A stretch of DNA of 64,000 bases from an uncultured Methylomirabilota bacterium. GTDB lineage: Bacteria > Methylomirabilota > Methylomirabilia > Methylomirabilales > 2-02-FULL-66-22. Numbering within the stretch: the first letter of the stretch is position 1; every line of letters begins with the position of its first letter. The notes under the pieces are model-generated. The model did not search any database and was not told the origin of the DNA. It saw only the letters and a list, made by a program, of their open reading frames with translations. Positions 1-8,990 of this stretch are shown here, in pieces. Made by a program: the position numbers and the translations under genes. The DNA is taken from contig CAWJSJ010000002.1 in the NCBI GenBank assembly GCA_963845565.1, forward strand, positions 96,001 through 160,000, given 5' to 3'.

Positions 1-418
1 CATCGAGCAACCGGAACAGCGCCTGGGGGTTCAGCGCCTGCTTGTGCCGCGAGAGGATCTCGACCAGGCGGGCCTTGGGCGCATCCGGATTCTGAAAGAG
101 GTCCAGCAGCCGATTGGGGTCGAAGCCGCCCCCGGCGCAGAGGAGCTCCAGAACGCGGGCGGCGATCCGAGTGTCGGCGTGGGACACGCCTGCCACGAAA
201 AGCGGCAGCGTGGAATTGTCCAGCAGCTTGCGCAGGAGCCCGACGATCGCGTCCGCGGACACGGGATCCGCGAGCGCTTCGAACAGCCGGGGCACGGCGC
301 GATCGGCGAGCTGCCGGAGCGTCGCCAGCGCCTGCCGCTTGTCTGCCTCCGGGGCCTCCGGGGCGGACACGAGCGCCTCGATTGCCCGGTTGACCTTGAA
401 CCCGTCCAGCATGCCCAT
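1..418 (-). CDS. Helical HEAT-repeat-like protein, N-terminal part (runs off the window; possibly a HEAT-repeat Ser/Thr kinase)
   Basis: Own translation of the open minus frame from ATG 418: MGMLDGFKVNRAIEALVS...RAVPRLFEALADP...FDPNRLLDLFQNP...; amphipathic helical repeats. Any kinase domain would lie outside the window. Confidence 0.6.
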   Translation of the reverse strand, partial: MGMLDGFKVNRAIEALVSAPEAPEADKRQALATLRQLADRAVPRLFEALADPVSADAIVGLLRKLLDNSTLPLFVAGVSHADTRIAARVLELLCAGGGFDPNRLLDLFQNPDAPKARLVEILSRHKQALNPQALFRLLD

Positions 419-477
419 CCGTTGCCGTCCTCAGTCGCTCGTCGGAGCTGGGCGCCGCCCTTCCGGAATCGCGGCCG

Positions 478-936
478 CTACGGGGTCACGCAGGCGATGT
501 ACGCCTTGTTCACGATGCAGATGTTTCCCCCGGCGCAGTGGACCTTGACGAACCGCTCGTCGTGGAGATTGAGATAATCGAAGAGGCGCGACCGATCCGG
601 TGGGAGCGCCCGCTGGATGGTCCCGGTGATCAGCGAGCCATCCATCAGGTGCAGCCCGCAGGGCAGCGGGTCCACGCTGGGAAGCGGCGCGGGGTCGTCG
701 TCGTATTCCACCCGCACGACGGAGATCTTGTTGTAGAAGCGCAGCTCGTCGGGCTGATCCCGCTTGAGCACCAAGAAGGGATCCGCGGTGTTCAGGACCT
801 CCAGGGGCTCTTCCTCTCCGGCGCGATTCGCGCTCTGCGGGCGCAGGAAGAGCGAACCGACCACCCGCCCCTCCGGATGCACCCAGAGCGTGACCAGCTT
901 GAGTTTCTTGGGGACTTTCAAGCGATCGCGGAGCAT
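478..936 (-). CDS. Conserved hypothetical protein with two similar beta-rich halves (DUF6812-like)
   Basis: ATG 936 with GGAGG RBS; halves G-x-LF..EVLN...FL..FYNK and G-x-I..DYLN...FV..IVNK resemble each other. Confidence 0.65.
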   Translation of the reverse strand: MLRDRLKVPKKLKLVTLWVHPEGRVVGSLFLRPQSANRAGEEEPLEVLNTADPFLVLKRDQPDELRFYNKISVVRVEYDDDPAPLPSVDPLPCGLHLMDGSLITGTIQRALPPDRSRLFDYLNLHDERFVKVHCAGGNICIVNKAYIACVTP

Positions 937-1116
937 GGTCCCTCCTTGCATTCTCGCGTCCGGGTGGCGTCACATCGCCGATCCCGCCCCGTCTGCGATG
1001 CAGACAAGACGGTGGTGGGAACGCGCGCCCGCGCACCGGCGCCGAGCCCGCGCCGGGAAGGGCACGGACAAGCCGATCCGCCCCACAGCCCGGCAGCATG
1101 GGCGGCATCCCCGGCG

Positions 1117-1145
1117 AACCTAGCAGCGGGGCGGCATCGTGTCAA
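1117..1145 (-). promoter_or_regulatory. Sigma-70-type promoter
   Basis: TTGACA-N17-TAGGTT with extended -10 TG on the minus strand, upstream of 478-936. Confidence 0.6.
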
Positions 1146-1261
1146 GAGGCTGATACCGAGAGGTCGTCCCACCTGACCACGGAAGCGTACCCGGCGACAT
1201 GAACACGAAAAAACGGAAGGGAGATCTGACCCGCGGCCTGCGGAAGGGGGCGGCGCGGCCG

Positions 1262-2368
1262 TCACCGATCGCCCGGAAGTTGCTCGATCGGGAAGGGCCG
1301 GCCGAAATGATACCCCTGGGCCCGCGTGAAGCCCAGGTCGAGGCACGCCGCGGCTTCCGCGCCGGTCTCGAGGCCTTCGGCCAGCGGCTCCACCCCGAGA
1401 TCGCGGGCGATCTCGACCAGGGATTTCAGCAGGCGCCGCTTGGTGTCCGGGGCCTGGTCGATGTCGCGCACGAAGCGCACATCGAACTTGAGCAGATCGG
1501 GGGGCACCTCGCCGAGCTCGAGCAGACGAGCCTGACCGGCGCCGAAATCGTCGTAGGCGAGGCCGATGCCGCACTCGCGCAGCCCCGCTCGGAGTTCGGC
1601 GATCCGCCCGGTCTTGGCGACGGCGGCCTCGTGCACCTCGATGGTGATGGGCTGCTCCGGGAACTGGCGGCGCATCTCGCGGAGCGACGCCAGCAGGTCC
1701 GCCTCCGCGAACTCGGCCGGATGCGTGTTCAGGTACAGCATCGGCAGCGGACCGCGCGTGGCGGCGATCTCCATCGCCTTCCGGCGGAAGAGCCGGCTGA
1801 GCTCCGATTGCACCCCCAGACCCGCACCGATCTCGAAGAGCTCCATGGGGCTCTCCGAGATCCCCGGGTAGAGCCCGCGACCCAGCGCCTCGTAGCCGAC
1901 CACCTCGCCCGCGGGCAGCGTCACGATCGGCTGGAAGAGGATCGTCACGGCGCTGAGGCGCAACAGCTCCGCCAGCTCCTGCGTCCCCTTGAGCAGGTGC
2001 TGGGGCTTGGGCAGCTCCTCCATCATCAGCGTGCCCCAGGATTGGAAGCTGTCCTCGACGCCCAGGCGGAATTCGACCTCGCCGAAGTGGATGATGTCCG
2101 CGTCGCCTACGGCCTGGTCCTGGATGCGCTTCCGGTTCACGAACGTCCCGTTCCGGCTGCCGATGTCGCGCAGGCGGAGGCCGTCGCCGTCCAGGTAGAA
2201 CTCGGCGTGTTCCCGGGACACCGAGGTGTCGGGTAAGGTCAACTGCAGGCCGGTGCGGCGGCCGATCCGGAACGGCAGCGGCGAGAGCGCGATCGTGGAC
2301 AGGCGCTCGCCCCCGTGGACGAGGCCGACCAAGACCCAGGGAACCTTGGGGGACAAGGGTTCAACCAT
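1262..2368 (-). CDS. FHA domain + EAL domain protein (c-di-GMP phosphodiesterase)
   Basis: FHA motifs IGRR, VSREHA, SRNGTFVN; EAL motifs FQPIV, YEALGR, LNTHP, IEVHE, YDDFGAG, LKFD, AEGLE, QGYHFGRP. Confidence 0.9.
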   Translation of the reverse strand: MVEPLSPKVPWVLVGLVHGGERLSTIALSPLPFRIGRRTGLQLTLPDTSVSREHAEFYLDGDGLRLRDIGSRNGTFVNRKRIQDQAVGDADIIHFGEVEFRLGVEDSFQSWGTLMMEELPKPQHLLKGTQELAELLRLSAVTILFQPIVTLPAGEVVGYEALGRGLYPGISESPMELFEIGAGLGVQSELSRLFRRKAMEIAATRGPLPMLYLNTHPAEFAEADLLASLREMRRQFPEQPITIEVHEAAVAKTGRIAELRAGLRECGIGLAYDDFGAGQARLLELGEVPPDLLKFDVRFVRDIDQAPDTKRRLLKSLVEIARDLGVEPLAEGLETGAEAAACLDLGFTRAQGYHFGRPFPIEQLPGDR

Positions 2369-2502
2369 GCGACGCGCGATACCTTCCCGATGGATGTTCG
2401 TCGAAACGGCGCGGGCCCGTGCGACCCCACTCCCCAGAAGCGGCCGTCGGGATGGCGGCGCTACGGAAGTCGGATTCCGGCTGCGAGGGCACGCCGTCCG
2501 GG

Positions 2503-2531
2503 ACGCTAACACCGCCGCGCGGGCGTGTCAA
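2503..2531 (-). promoter_or_regulatory. Sigma-70-type promoter
   Basis: TTGACA-N17-TAGCGT with extended -10 TG, upstream of the FHA-EAL gene. Confidence 0.6.
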
Positions 2532-2653
2532 GCGACTACGCGGCATAGGCGGCATAGGGGCCGTACCTGCCGATGTGCCTGCAGGCCTCCGGGAGGACTG
2601 CGAGCCATCCGCGCCGTTGACGATCGCTTCCCGACGTGGTGTGGCGAGCGTCG

Positions 2654-3982
2654 CTATGGTGGGGTCGACGCTGCCGCATCAGGGAGCGTCTGGAGATTCC
2701 AGTACGCCCGGAAGGCACCCGGGTCCAGACCGAGCGCGCGCAGGTACGCGTCCCTGGCGCGGGTAGGTTCCCCCGCCAGTTGGTAGGCATAGCCCAGATT
2801 GCTCCACGCGCGGGCATTCTCCGGCGAAGCGGCCACGGTCGCTGTCCACAGCGTCACCTCGGTTCGATAGTCCCCGTTCCGCAGCACGGTCGCCGTCAGC
2901 AGGACCAGCGCCAAACCGGTGGCCGCGGCCACCGCGGCGCGGCGCGGAAGCCAGGACCAGAGGCCGGCGGCCAGCAAGAACGCCGGGCCGAGGATGGCCA
3001 AATAGAGCTGCCGGTCGTTGGCGACGTCCAGCCGGGGAAAGAGCGAGTTGGTGGGCGCCAGGTGCAGGAAGAACCACAGGACCGCTGCGCCGAGAGGTGG
3101 CCACCGACGCAACAGCACGATCCCGAGGACCACCAGCGCGAGCAAGAGGCATCCCTGGATCGCCAGGACGAGAGTCGGCGCCATGCACGGGGAGAGCGGC
3201 GGGTCTATATTGGCCCGGAGCAGGAGCAGCGGCTGCGTCAGCAGATACCAGATCCCGTCGATCTGCGTGAGGAGGTTTTCGCCGATCGGGCGGATGGAGA
3301 CGCTGAAGGTAAGCAGGCGCCGATACCCCGGGAGTGCTAGCCCGGCCGCCAGCGCGGCCCCGAGCATCGTCCAGTGAGGGATGCTGCGCCGCCACGCCCG
3401 GCCCCACGGCACGCCGACGGCACCGTCCGCCAGCACGAGGGCCGCGGGGAGCGTCACCGCGGTCTCTTTGGTGGCCAGCGCCAGGGCGAAGAACGCCAGG
3501 GAGAGCAGGCGGTTGCCGCCGCCCACATGCAGGGCGACGGCGCCTAGGTAGAGCGCGCCCATCAGCGACATCGAGCGGCCCGAGATATAGGTGACGGCCT
3601 CCGTCTGCACGGGGTGCAGAGCAAAGATCAGCCCCGCCGTGAGGGCGATGGGACCGGCCAGCGGCGCCAACCGCTCGGACGCCGTCGCCAGGCGGCCGCA
3701 CAGCCGCATCGCCAGCAGGGCCGCGGCGATGTGGCAGACGAGATTGACGGCGTGAAAGCCTGCCGTCCCAAGCCCGGAACTCCAGTTGAGCGCGTACGAC
3801 AGTTTGAGGAGTGGGCGGATGCCGGGCATCGAGGCGGCCCAGGCGGACAGATCCCGGATCCCGGCGTTGTGGACGATGACGGTGTAGTCGTCGAACTGGA
3901 ATTCGCCGCGCAGGCCGTTGGCGTAGGCCAGCGTCACGGCACCCGTGAGGACGAGGTCCCGGACGAGACCGTTACGAGCCAC
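2654..3982 (-). CDS. TMTC-like GT-C membrane glycosyltransferase with C-terminal TPR
   Basis: F-x-FDD motif, IRPL, FHAVNL, FALHPVQTEAVTYISGR, KETA, NDRQLY, LW....P.NARAWSNLG TPR; many TM segments. Confidence 0.85.
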   Translation of the reverse strand: MARNGLVRDLVLTGAVTLAYANGLRGEFQFDDYTVIVHNAGIRDLSAWAASMPGIRPLLKLSYALNWSSGLGTAGFHAVNLVCHIAAALLAMRLCGRLATASERLAPLAGPIALTAGLIFALHPVQTEAVTYISGRSMSLMGALYLGAVALHVGGGNRLLSLAFFALALATKETAVTLPAALVLADGAVGVPWGRAWRRSIPHWTMLGAALAAGLALPGYRRLLTFSVSIRPIGENLLTQIDGIWYLLTQPLLLLRANIDPPLSPCMAPTLVLAIQGCLLLALVVLGIVLLRRWPPLGAAVLWFFLHLAPTNSLFPRLDVANDRQLYLAILGPAFLLAAGLWSWLPRRAAVAAATGLALVLLTATVLRNGDYRTEVTLWTATVAASPENARAWSNLGYAYQLAGEPTRARDAYLRALGLDPGAFRAYWNLQTLPDAAASTPP

Positions 3983-4793
3983 CGGACGCCTGCGCGAACG
4001 CGCGCTCGACGAGGCCGTAGGCGTCCCACCAGCGATTGAAGGCGTTCAGCAGGACGACGAGGACCCGGACGCCTTCCCGCTCCGCCAGCACGATGACACA
4101 GCGCCCGGCGCGGCGGGTGAACCCCGATTTCACGCCCACGACATCGGGGAGACGGCCCACCATCAGGTTCGTGTTGCGCACGTGGAACTCCCGGCGGCCG
4201 TCCACGGTCTGAACACGCGCCTCGGACATGGCGACCCGTGCGGCGAAGGCGGGAAACCGGAGCGCCGTTTCCGTCAGCAGGGCGAGGTCCGAGGCGCTCG
4301 CGTAGTGGCCGGGGGCGTCCCACCCGCAGGCGTTGGCGAAGTGGGTGTCCTGCAACCCCAGCTCACGGGCACGCCGGTTCATGCGCGCGACGAACCGCGC
4401 CTCGCTGCCCGCCTCGTGCTCGGCGAGCGCCCGGCACGCATCGTTGGCGGAACGCACCAGCGTCGCGGTCAGCAGATCCTCGACGCGCAACCGATCGCCC
4501 GCCTTGAGTCCGAGCCGCGAGCCGCCTTGCCCTGCGGCGGACCGACTCACCGTCACCACGGCATCGAACTGCCCGCTCTCGAGAACCAGGAGCGCGGTCA
4601 TGATCTTGGTCAGGCTGGCGGGCGGCAGCCGTTTATGCGCGTCCTTGGCCCAGAGCGCCCGGCCCTGCACCTGCACGAGGTGCGCCTCCGCGTCGACGGG
4701 AAACGGATCGTCCGCCGCCTGGCTCGCGCCGGCCGGCCACAGCAGGACAGCCAGGGCTACCGCGAGCAGGCGGAGGGAGCCGGACACGGTCAC
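3972..4793 (-). CDS. D-alanyl-D-alanine carboxypeptidase (peptidase S11)
   Basis: Signal peptide; SxxK (ASLTK), SxN (SAND) and KSG motifs; GTG start overlaps the upstream stop. Confidence 0.92.
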   Translation of the reverse strand: MTVSGSLRLLAVALAVLLWPAGASQAADDPFPVDAEAHLVQVQGRALWAKDAHKRLPPASLTKIMTALLVLESGQFDAVVTVSRSAAGQGGSRLGLKAGDRLRVEDLLTATLVRSANDACRALAEHEAGSEARFVARMNRRARELGLQDTHFANACGWDAPGHYASASDLALLTETALRFPAFAARVAMSEARVQTVDGRREFHVRNTNLMVGRLPDVVGVKSGFTRRAGRCVIVLAEREGVRVLVVLLNAFNRWWDAYGLVERAFAQASGGS

Positions 4794-5884
4794 TTCCCGA
4801 ACAGCCCCTTGAAGGGGTTGATGGTTTCCAGCGCCTTGTCGAGCACGCCCGTCGGGCTTGGCGACGTCGGGGCCGGGGGAGCGCCGGCTGCCGTCGGAGC
4901 CTGCGGCGCGGCGACAGGTGCCTGTCCGGGCGCCTGAGTCGGCCCCCCGGGGGCGGTCGGGGTCGGGGACACTGCCTTCCCCGGCGCTGCCTGGGCCGGG
5001 CTCGGCGCCGGCGGCGCCGCCTGCGGCTGTCCCCCTCCCGGCGACGTCGCACGCGCCTGGGGGTACCGCGTGCAGATCGGAGCGTACTCGAACACCTGAA
5101 CCGACGTCCCGCGGCGGCCGGTGCACTGTTGCACGGCGATCTCTTTCGCCTGCGCCTCGCAGTAATTGGCCACGAATCCCCAGTTCCGGGTCGAACCGGC
5201 GTTCTGGCACGCATCGGCCCAGATGGCGTTCGGGTCCTGGCCGCCGCTCATCAAGACCTGCTGCATATCGGACCGGGCGCGGAGGTAGCCGTCGAATTTC
5301 ACCGGGTCCCGCATTTCATTCGCCACCTGCCGGACGCGACCGACGAACTCGTTCCGGTACTCCTTGCAGTACGCCTGGTCGTCCTTGAACGCGAACCACT
5401 CCAGCTTCTCCACCGCCTGCCGGCATTGGGCCGCGACGGTGGCCCGCTGCTGCGCGCCCACGTCCACCCAGGTGCAGGAGCCGACCTTCCGACCGGAGTA
5501 GGCGTTGGTCATGTTGACCGTCCGCCCGTCCATGGTCCCCTGCATCTGCATCGTGCCCTGGTAACTATCGCCCGTGGAGGTGATGTCCACCGTGCCCGTC
5601 ATCCGGTCTTTCCCCTCGCAGATCATCCGGAAGGTGGTGCGGTTGCCCGACCGGCGCATGTCCTCGATCCGGCAGTTTTGGTCCTTCGGCATCACCCCTT
5701 CTTCCTGCTTTCCCTTCTGCAAACAGACCCGGCTGGTCTGCGGCGGCATGGCAAACGGCATCCCCGCCATCTCCATCTTGCTCGTGATCTCCCAGAGGTC
5801 GTCCGGCCCCTGCTGCGCCGGAGTCGGGGACGCGGCCACAAACAGCGCGAGGACGACTACCCAGATGAGGTGCGGATACGACAT
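4790..5884 (-). CDS. Secreted DUF3617-family protein with Cys-containing helical region and Pro/Ala/Thr-rich tail
   Basis: Signal peptide, LWEITSKMEM...TSRVCL...C...C...GRKVGSC; GGAGG RBS before ATG 5884. Confidence 0.75.
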   Translation of the reverse strand: MSYPHLIWVVVLALFVAASPTPAQQGPDDLWEITSKMEMAGMPFAMPPQTSRVCLQKGKQEEGVMPKDQNCRIEDMRRSGNRTTFRMICEGKDRMTGTVDITSTGDSYQGTMQMQGTMDGRTVNMTNAYSGRKVGSCTWVDVGAQQRATVAAQCRQAVEKLEWFAFKDDQAYCKEYRNEFVGRVRQVANEMRDPVKFDGYLRARSDMQQVLMSGGQDPNAIWADACQNAGSTRNWGFVANYCEAQAKEIAVQQCTGRRGTSVQVFEYAPICTRYPQARATSPGGGQPQAAPPAPSPAQAAPGKAVSPTPTAPGGPTQAPGQAPVAAPQAPTAAGAPPAPTSPSPTGVLDKALETINPFKGLFGK

Positions 5885-5935
5885 GGCATTCAACCTCCCT
5901 GACTGCGAAGAGACGAGAATCTTGTTCGCCGCCCG

Positions 5936-6502
5936 CTATTGTGGCGGCGTACCAGGCATCGGCGTCGGCAGCATGGGCGGCGGCGCGCCGATGCCGGGTT
6001 GCATGGAGCCGGGCGTTTGCTGCGCCGGCATCCCGGGATTCGGCGTGGGAATGTTCAACGGCGACTTGCCAAATGTCGGACGGTTTCCGCCGATCCCGCC
6101 GGGAAACGATCCGGCACCGGGATCGGCCGGGGCGCCCGGCATGGATGGCGCTGGCACGGGCCCACGCGCCGGCATCCCGCCCGCCTGCCCGTCGGGACTC
6201 TGCCCCGGCGGCGTGTACTGGAACTTCTGGCGCACGGACGGGATGGGCACCCCGGTCGCGATCCGATCTAACGTCACCCGGTCAACCTCGACGACTTGCG
6301 GCCACTGATAGCCCCGCGACTGGAACGTCTCGTAGTCGGGAATGTAACACTTCCGCCCGCCCTGGATCACGTAGACCTGTGTCGTGCCCTGCAGGCGGAC
6401 CACGGCCCCCTCGGGCACCGCCCCGGACTGTTGCGCCGCGGCAACCGCCAACACGGCACACAACATCGTCAACAGCGCGATCGCCGATGTTGCCGCCCTC
6501 AC
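5936..6502 (-). CDS. Secreted hypothetical protein: short globular domain plus Pro/Gly-rich tail
   Basis: AAGGAGG RBS before GTG; signal peptide; VYVIQGGRKCYIPD..TF...GY.W..V domain. Confidence 0.7.
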   Translation of the reverse strand: MRAATSAIALLTMLCAVLAVAAAQQSGAVPEGAVVRLQGTTQVYVIQGGRKCYIPDYETFQSRGYQWPQVVEVDRVTLDRIATGVPIPSVRQKFQYTPPGQSPDGQAGGMPARGPVPAPSMPGAPADPGAGSFPGGIGGNRPTFGKSPLNIPTPNPGMPAQQTPGSMQPGIGAPPPMLPTPMPGTPPQ

Positions 6503-6653
6503 AGCGCCTCCTTTCTCACCGCCTTCCCTATTCGACTCCATCCCCGTTTCTGCGGCGATGCGACGAGTAGCGCATTTGCCCGCAACGCCCGCGGAGGGCG
6601 TCGCGTCGAACGTGCTGTCGACCGGGACGCGTAAACGTTTGGGCCGGCACCTC

Positions 6654-8078
6654 TTACCGATATACGGTGTATGTCTTGTTGCCCCCGGTGAAGCGATACA
6701 GCGGGGTCCCTTGACGCATCAGCAGGGGAACCGACTTACCGTTGACCACCGCGGACATTTCGAGGCGGTTGACGTTCCAGTTGTCGCCGCCGATGCCGCC
6801 GCCGAAATTGGTCGTCAACGTGACGCCGAGGATATCCTCAGGACGCACCGCCTGACTCAGCGAGAGGCTCACGGTCTGCTGATAGTTGTCAATCCAGCGC
6901 CGACTGCCGTTGATGTTCGGCCAGGTCCGTGCCGGAAGATTTCGGAAATGGAGCGTCGCATCGACGTTGTCGTTGCCGCCCCGCAGGTCGTCGCCCCCCG
7001 TGAGGATCGCGAGCCGGACCTCGCGAACCAGGCCGTCGTTGACGACCGGCGGCGGGGCGGCGAAGGTCGGCGGGACGAGTCGATCGTACTTGGAATCCAC
7101 GAAGTAGGTACGCCAGGAGCTCTGCGGCGCATCCACCAGATAATACACCTGCGCATTGGGATCGGGTGCCAGGGCGCGGATCTTGCCCGGCGCGTTGGGG
7201 TCGTAGATGAAGATCCGCAACTGCTCCTTGTAGGCCCCGAGGTCTCCCTTGTAATTGCCCGGGTCGTATCCGATCGCGACGACCTGATGGTCCCCGACGC
7301 CGCCACCGTACGACTTGAGGCCGAGAGGCACGGGGAGGCCGGCGTCGATCTTCTGGCGCAATTCCTGGAGCCGTCCCCCACCGGAACCCTGAAGCCCCCA
7401 GTTGAAGAATTCCGTGTTACGCGCCCCGAATGGATTCACGGTGAGCTCCGCCCATTTGTCGATGTTCTGCTCCAACGATTTGACCTGCCGTCCGTAAATA
7501 TAATCGTGGAGCGGGGTGTTGACAGCGGGGCGGAAATCCTGCGTCGGGATCGGCTTCTTCGCGTAATAGAAGTCAAGCGCGGCGTAGGACATGCCACCGC
7601 ACAGCCCGCTCGTGCGAATGTTGAACTCACGAATGAAGTCGTTGGTGAAATCGTTGGTGAAGCGAAATCCATGCGTGGAAGGGTTGAATGACGTTTGTAC
7701 GGCGGTCGGGACGGGCGCCCGAAGCGTGAAGGCGGCGGACATGCCGTTGTCCGCGGTCGGGTTCGTGGTGCTCTCCGCCCTGACCTGGTAGTTGTTGGCA
7801 GGCGAGAGGGTGTTCGGCACCTGCCACATGAATACGCCGAGACCGGTCGCGACCTGCGGTGGCACCCCGGTCGCCAGCCGCCGGACGACCGTCGCGCCCT
7901 GAACAAGCACGATGTTGACCGGTCCTGGGTAAATCCAACTGATCTGAACGTACATCCCGAACGCCCACACCGAACCGGCCGGCGGCATCAGCACTGGGAT
8001 GGCGGCAGCATGCGCCCCGGATACGAGAAGCAGCGACGTCACCGCGACCAAAATCAGGCATTTCAGGAAGGTCCTCAT
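6654..8078 (-). CDS. Secreted multidomain protein: Ig-like N-domain, putative papain-fold Cys-His-Asp domain, beta-sandwich C-domain
   Basis: Signal peptide; motifs GLCGGMS, HQVVAIGY, IYDPN; C-terminal TGGDDLRGGNDN. Confidence 0.7.
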   Translation of the reverse strand: MRTFLKCLILVAVTSLLLVSGAHAAAIPVLMPPAGSVWAFGMYVQISWIYPGPVNIVLVQGATVVRRLATGVPPQVATGLGVFMWQVPNTLSPANNYQVRAESTTNPTADNGMSAAFTLRAPVPTAVQTSFNPSTHGFRFTNDFTNDFIREFNIRTSGLCGGMSYAALDFYYAKKPIPTQDFRPAVNTPLHDYIYGRQVKSLEQNIDKWAELTVNPFGARNTEFFNWGLQGSGGGRLQELRQKIDAGLPVPLGLKSYGGGVGDHQVVAIGYDPGNYKGDLGAYKEQLRIFIYDPNAPGKIRALAPDPNAQVYYLVDAPQSSWRTYFVDSKYDRLVPPTFAAPPPVVNDGLVREVRLAILTGGDDLRGGNDNVDATLHFRNLPARTWPNINGSRRWIDNYQQTVSLSLSQAVRPEDILGVTLTTNFGGGIGGDNWNVNRLEMSAVVNGKSVPLLMRQGTPLYRFTGGNKTYTVYR

Positions 8079-8339
8079 GTCGCCCCCGCACACGCCAGGT
8101 ACCGGACCGGCGCACTTTCTGGAAATTGGTGAGATGATCGGAACTCCTCGCCCCTATCCGGGCCTCGATCATTGCGGCTTGTAGCATCCCTCGCGGAACA
8201 GGTTCACACGGCGTGCCTCTGATCGGGCCGGTGGCGGCCGTCTGGAAGTCCGCGGTTTCGACGGGACCGGCGCGACGGTCTCCGGCATCTTCCCGCGTCC
8301 TCTTCGCGGTAAGCACGACAACGCCCATTCTTCGCGGGT

Positions 8340-8945
8340 TCACTGCATGATGGGATTGGTTCGTTGTGGCGGATTCGGGACGAAGATGCGGCACGCGTCC
8401 CTGCCCGGCTGCACCTTCTTTTCAACCTTGCCACCGGGGGGTGGCGGTGGGCAGGCCACGTCGGTGACGACGTCCCCGAATGGCGAGGGGGCCACGCATT
8501 TATCGTCGTAGCCGCTCCGATCATTTACGTAGTTTACGGGCCAAGGGGGACAGCCCAGCGTATTCCACAACGCCACTTCCTTCCAGGGGTCCCCGATGCA
8601 ATCAATGAAGAGCGGCGGCGGGACCTGGACCCTGTTGTAACCGGCCGGACAGATCAGGTGTTTTGGGGGGTAACCGCACTGGGGAGTCGGCCCCGGCACG
8701 AAGCTCGTGCCGCTCGGACAGGCGGGACCTCGATCCTGGACGATCTCGCAATGTCCGTTCGCCGCGAGCCTTTGCCCCGCGGCACAACTTGCGTTCACTG
8801 TCTTTATGCATACCCCCCCAGGGACAGGCGTATACCCTTCCCCGCACGGCGATACGGCAAGAGCGAGCCCAACCGGAAAGCTTGCCACAACAGCCAAAGC
8901 CATTACCGTTGCCGCCAAACTCCAAACAGGGCGGGGCTTCCACAT
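8340..8945 (-). CDS. Secreted cysteine-rich protein (12 Cys in six pairs)
   Basis: AGGAGG RBS, signal peptide, repeated C-x-x-G...C modules. Confidence 0.65.
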   Translation of the reverse strand: MWKPRPVWSLAATVMALAVVASFPVGLALAVSPCGEGYTPVPGGVCIKTVNASCAAGQRLAANGHCEIVQDRGPACPSGTSFVPGPTPQCGYPPKHLICPAGYNRVQVPPPLFIDCIGDPWKEVALWNTLGCPPWPVNYVNDRSGYDDKCVAPSPFGDVVTDVACPPPPPGGKVEKKVQPGRDACRIFVPNPPQRTNPIMQ

Positions 8946-8990
8946 ACCATGTCCTCCTTGTTGGTCTAGAAGCGACGGTGAATCCTCGTA

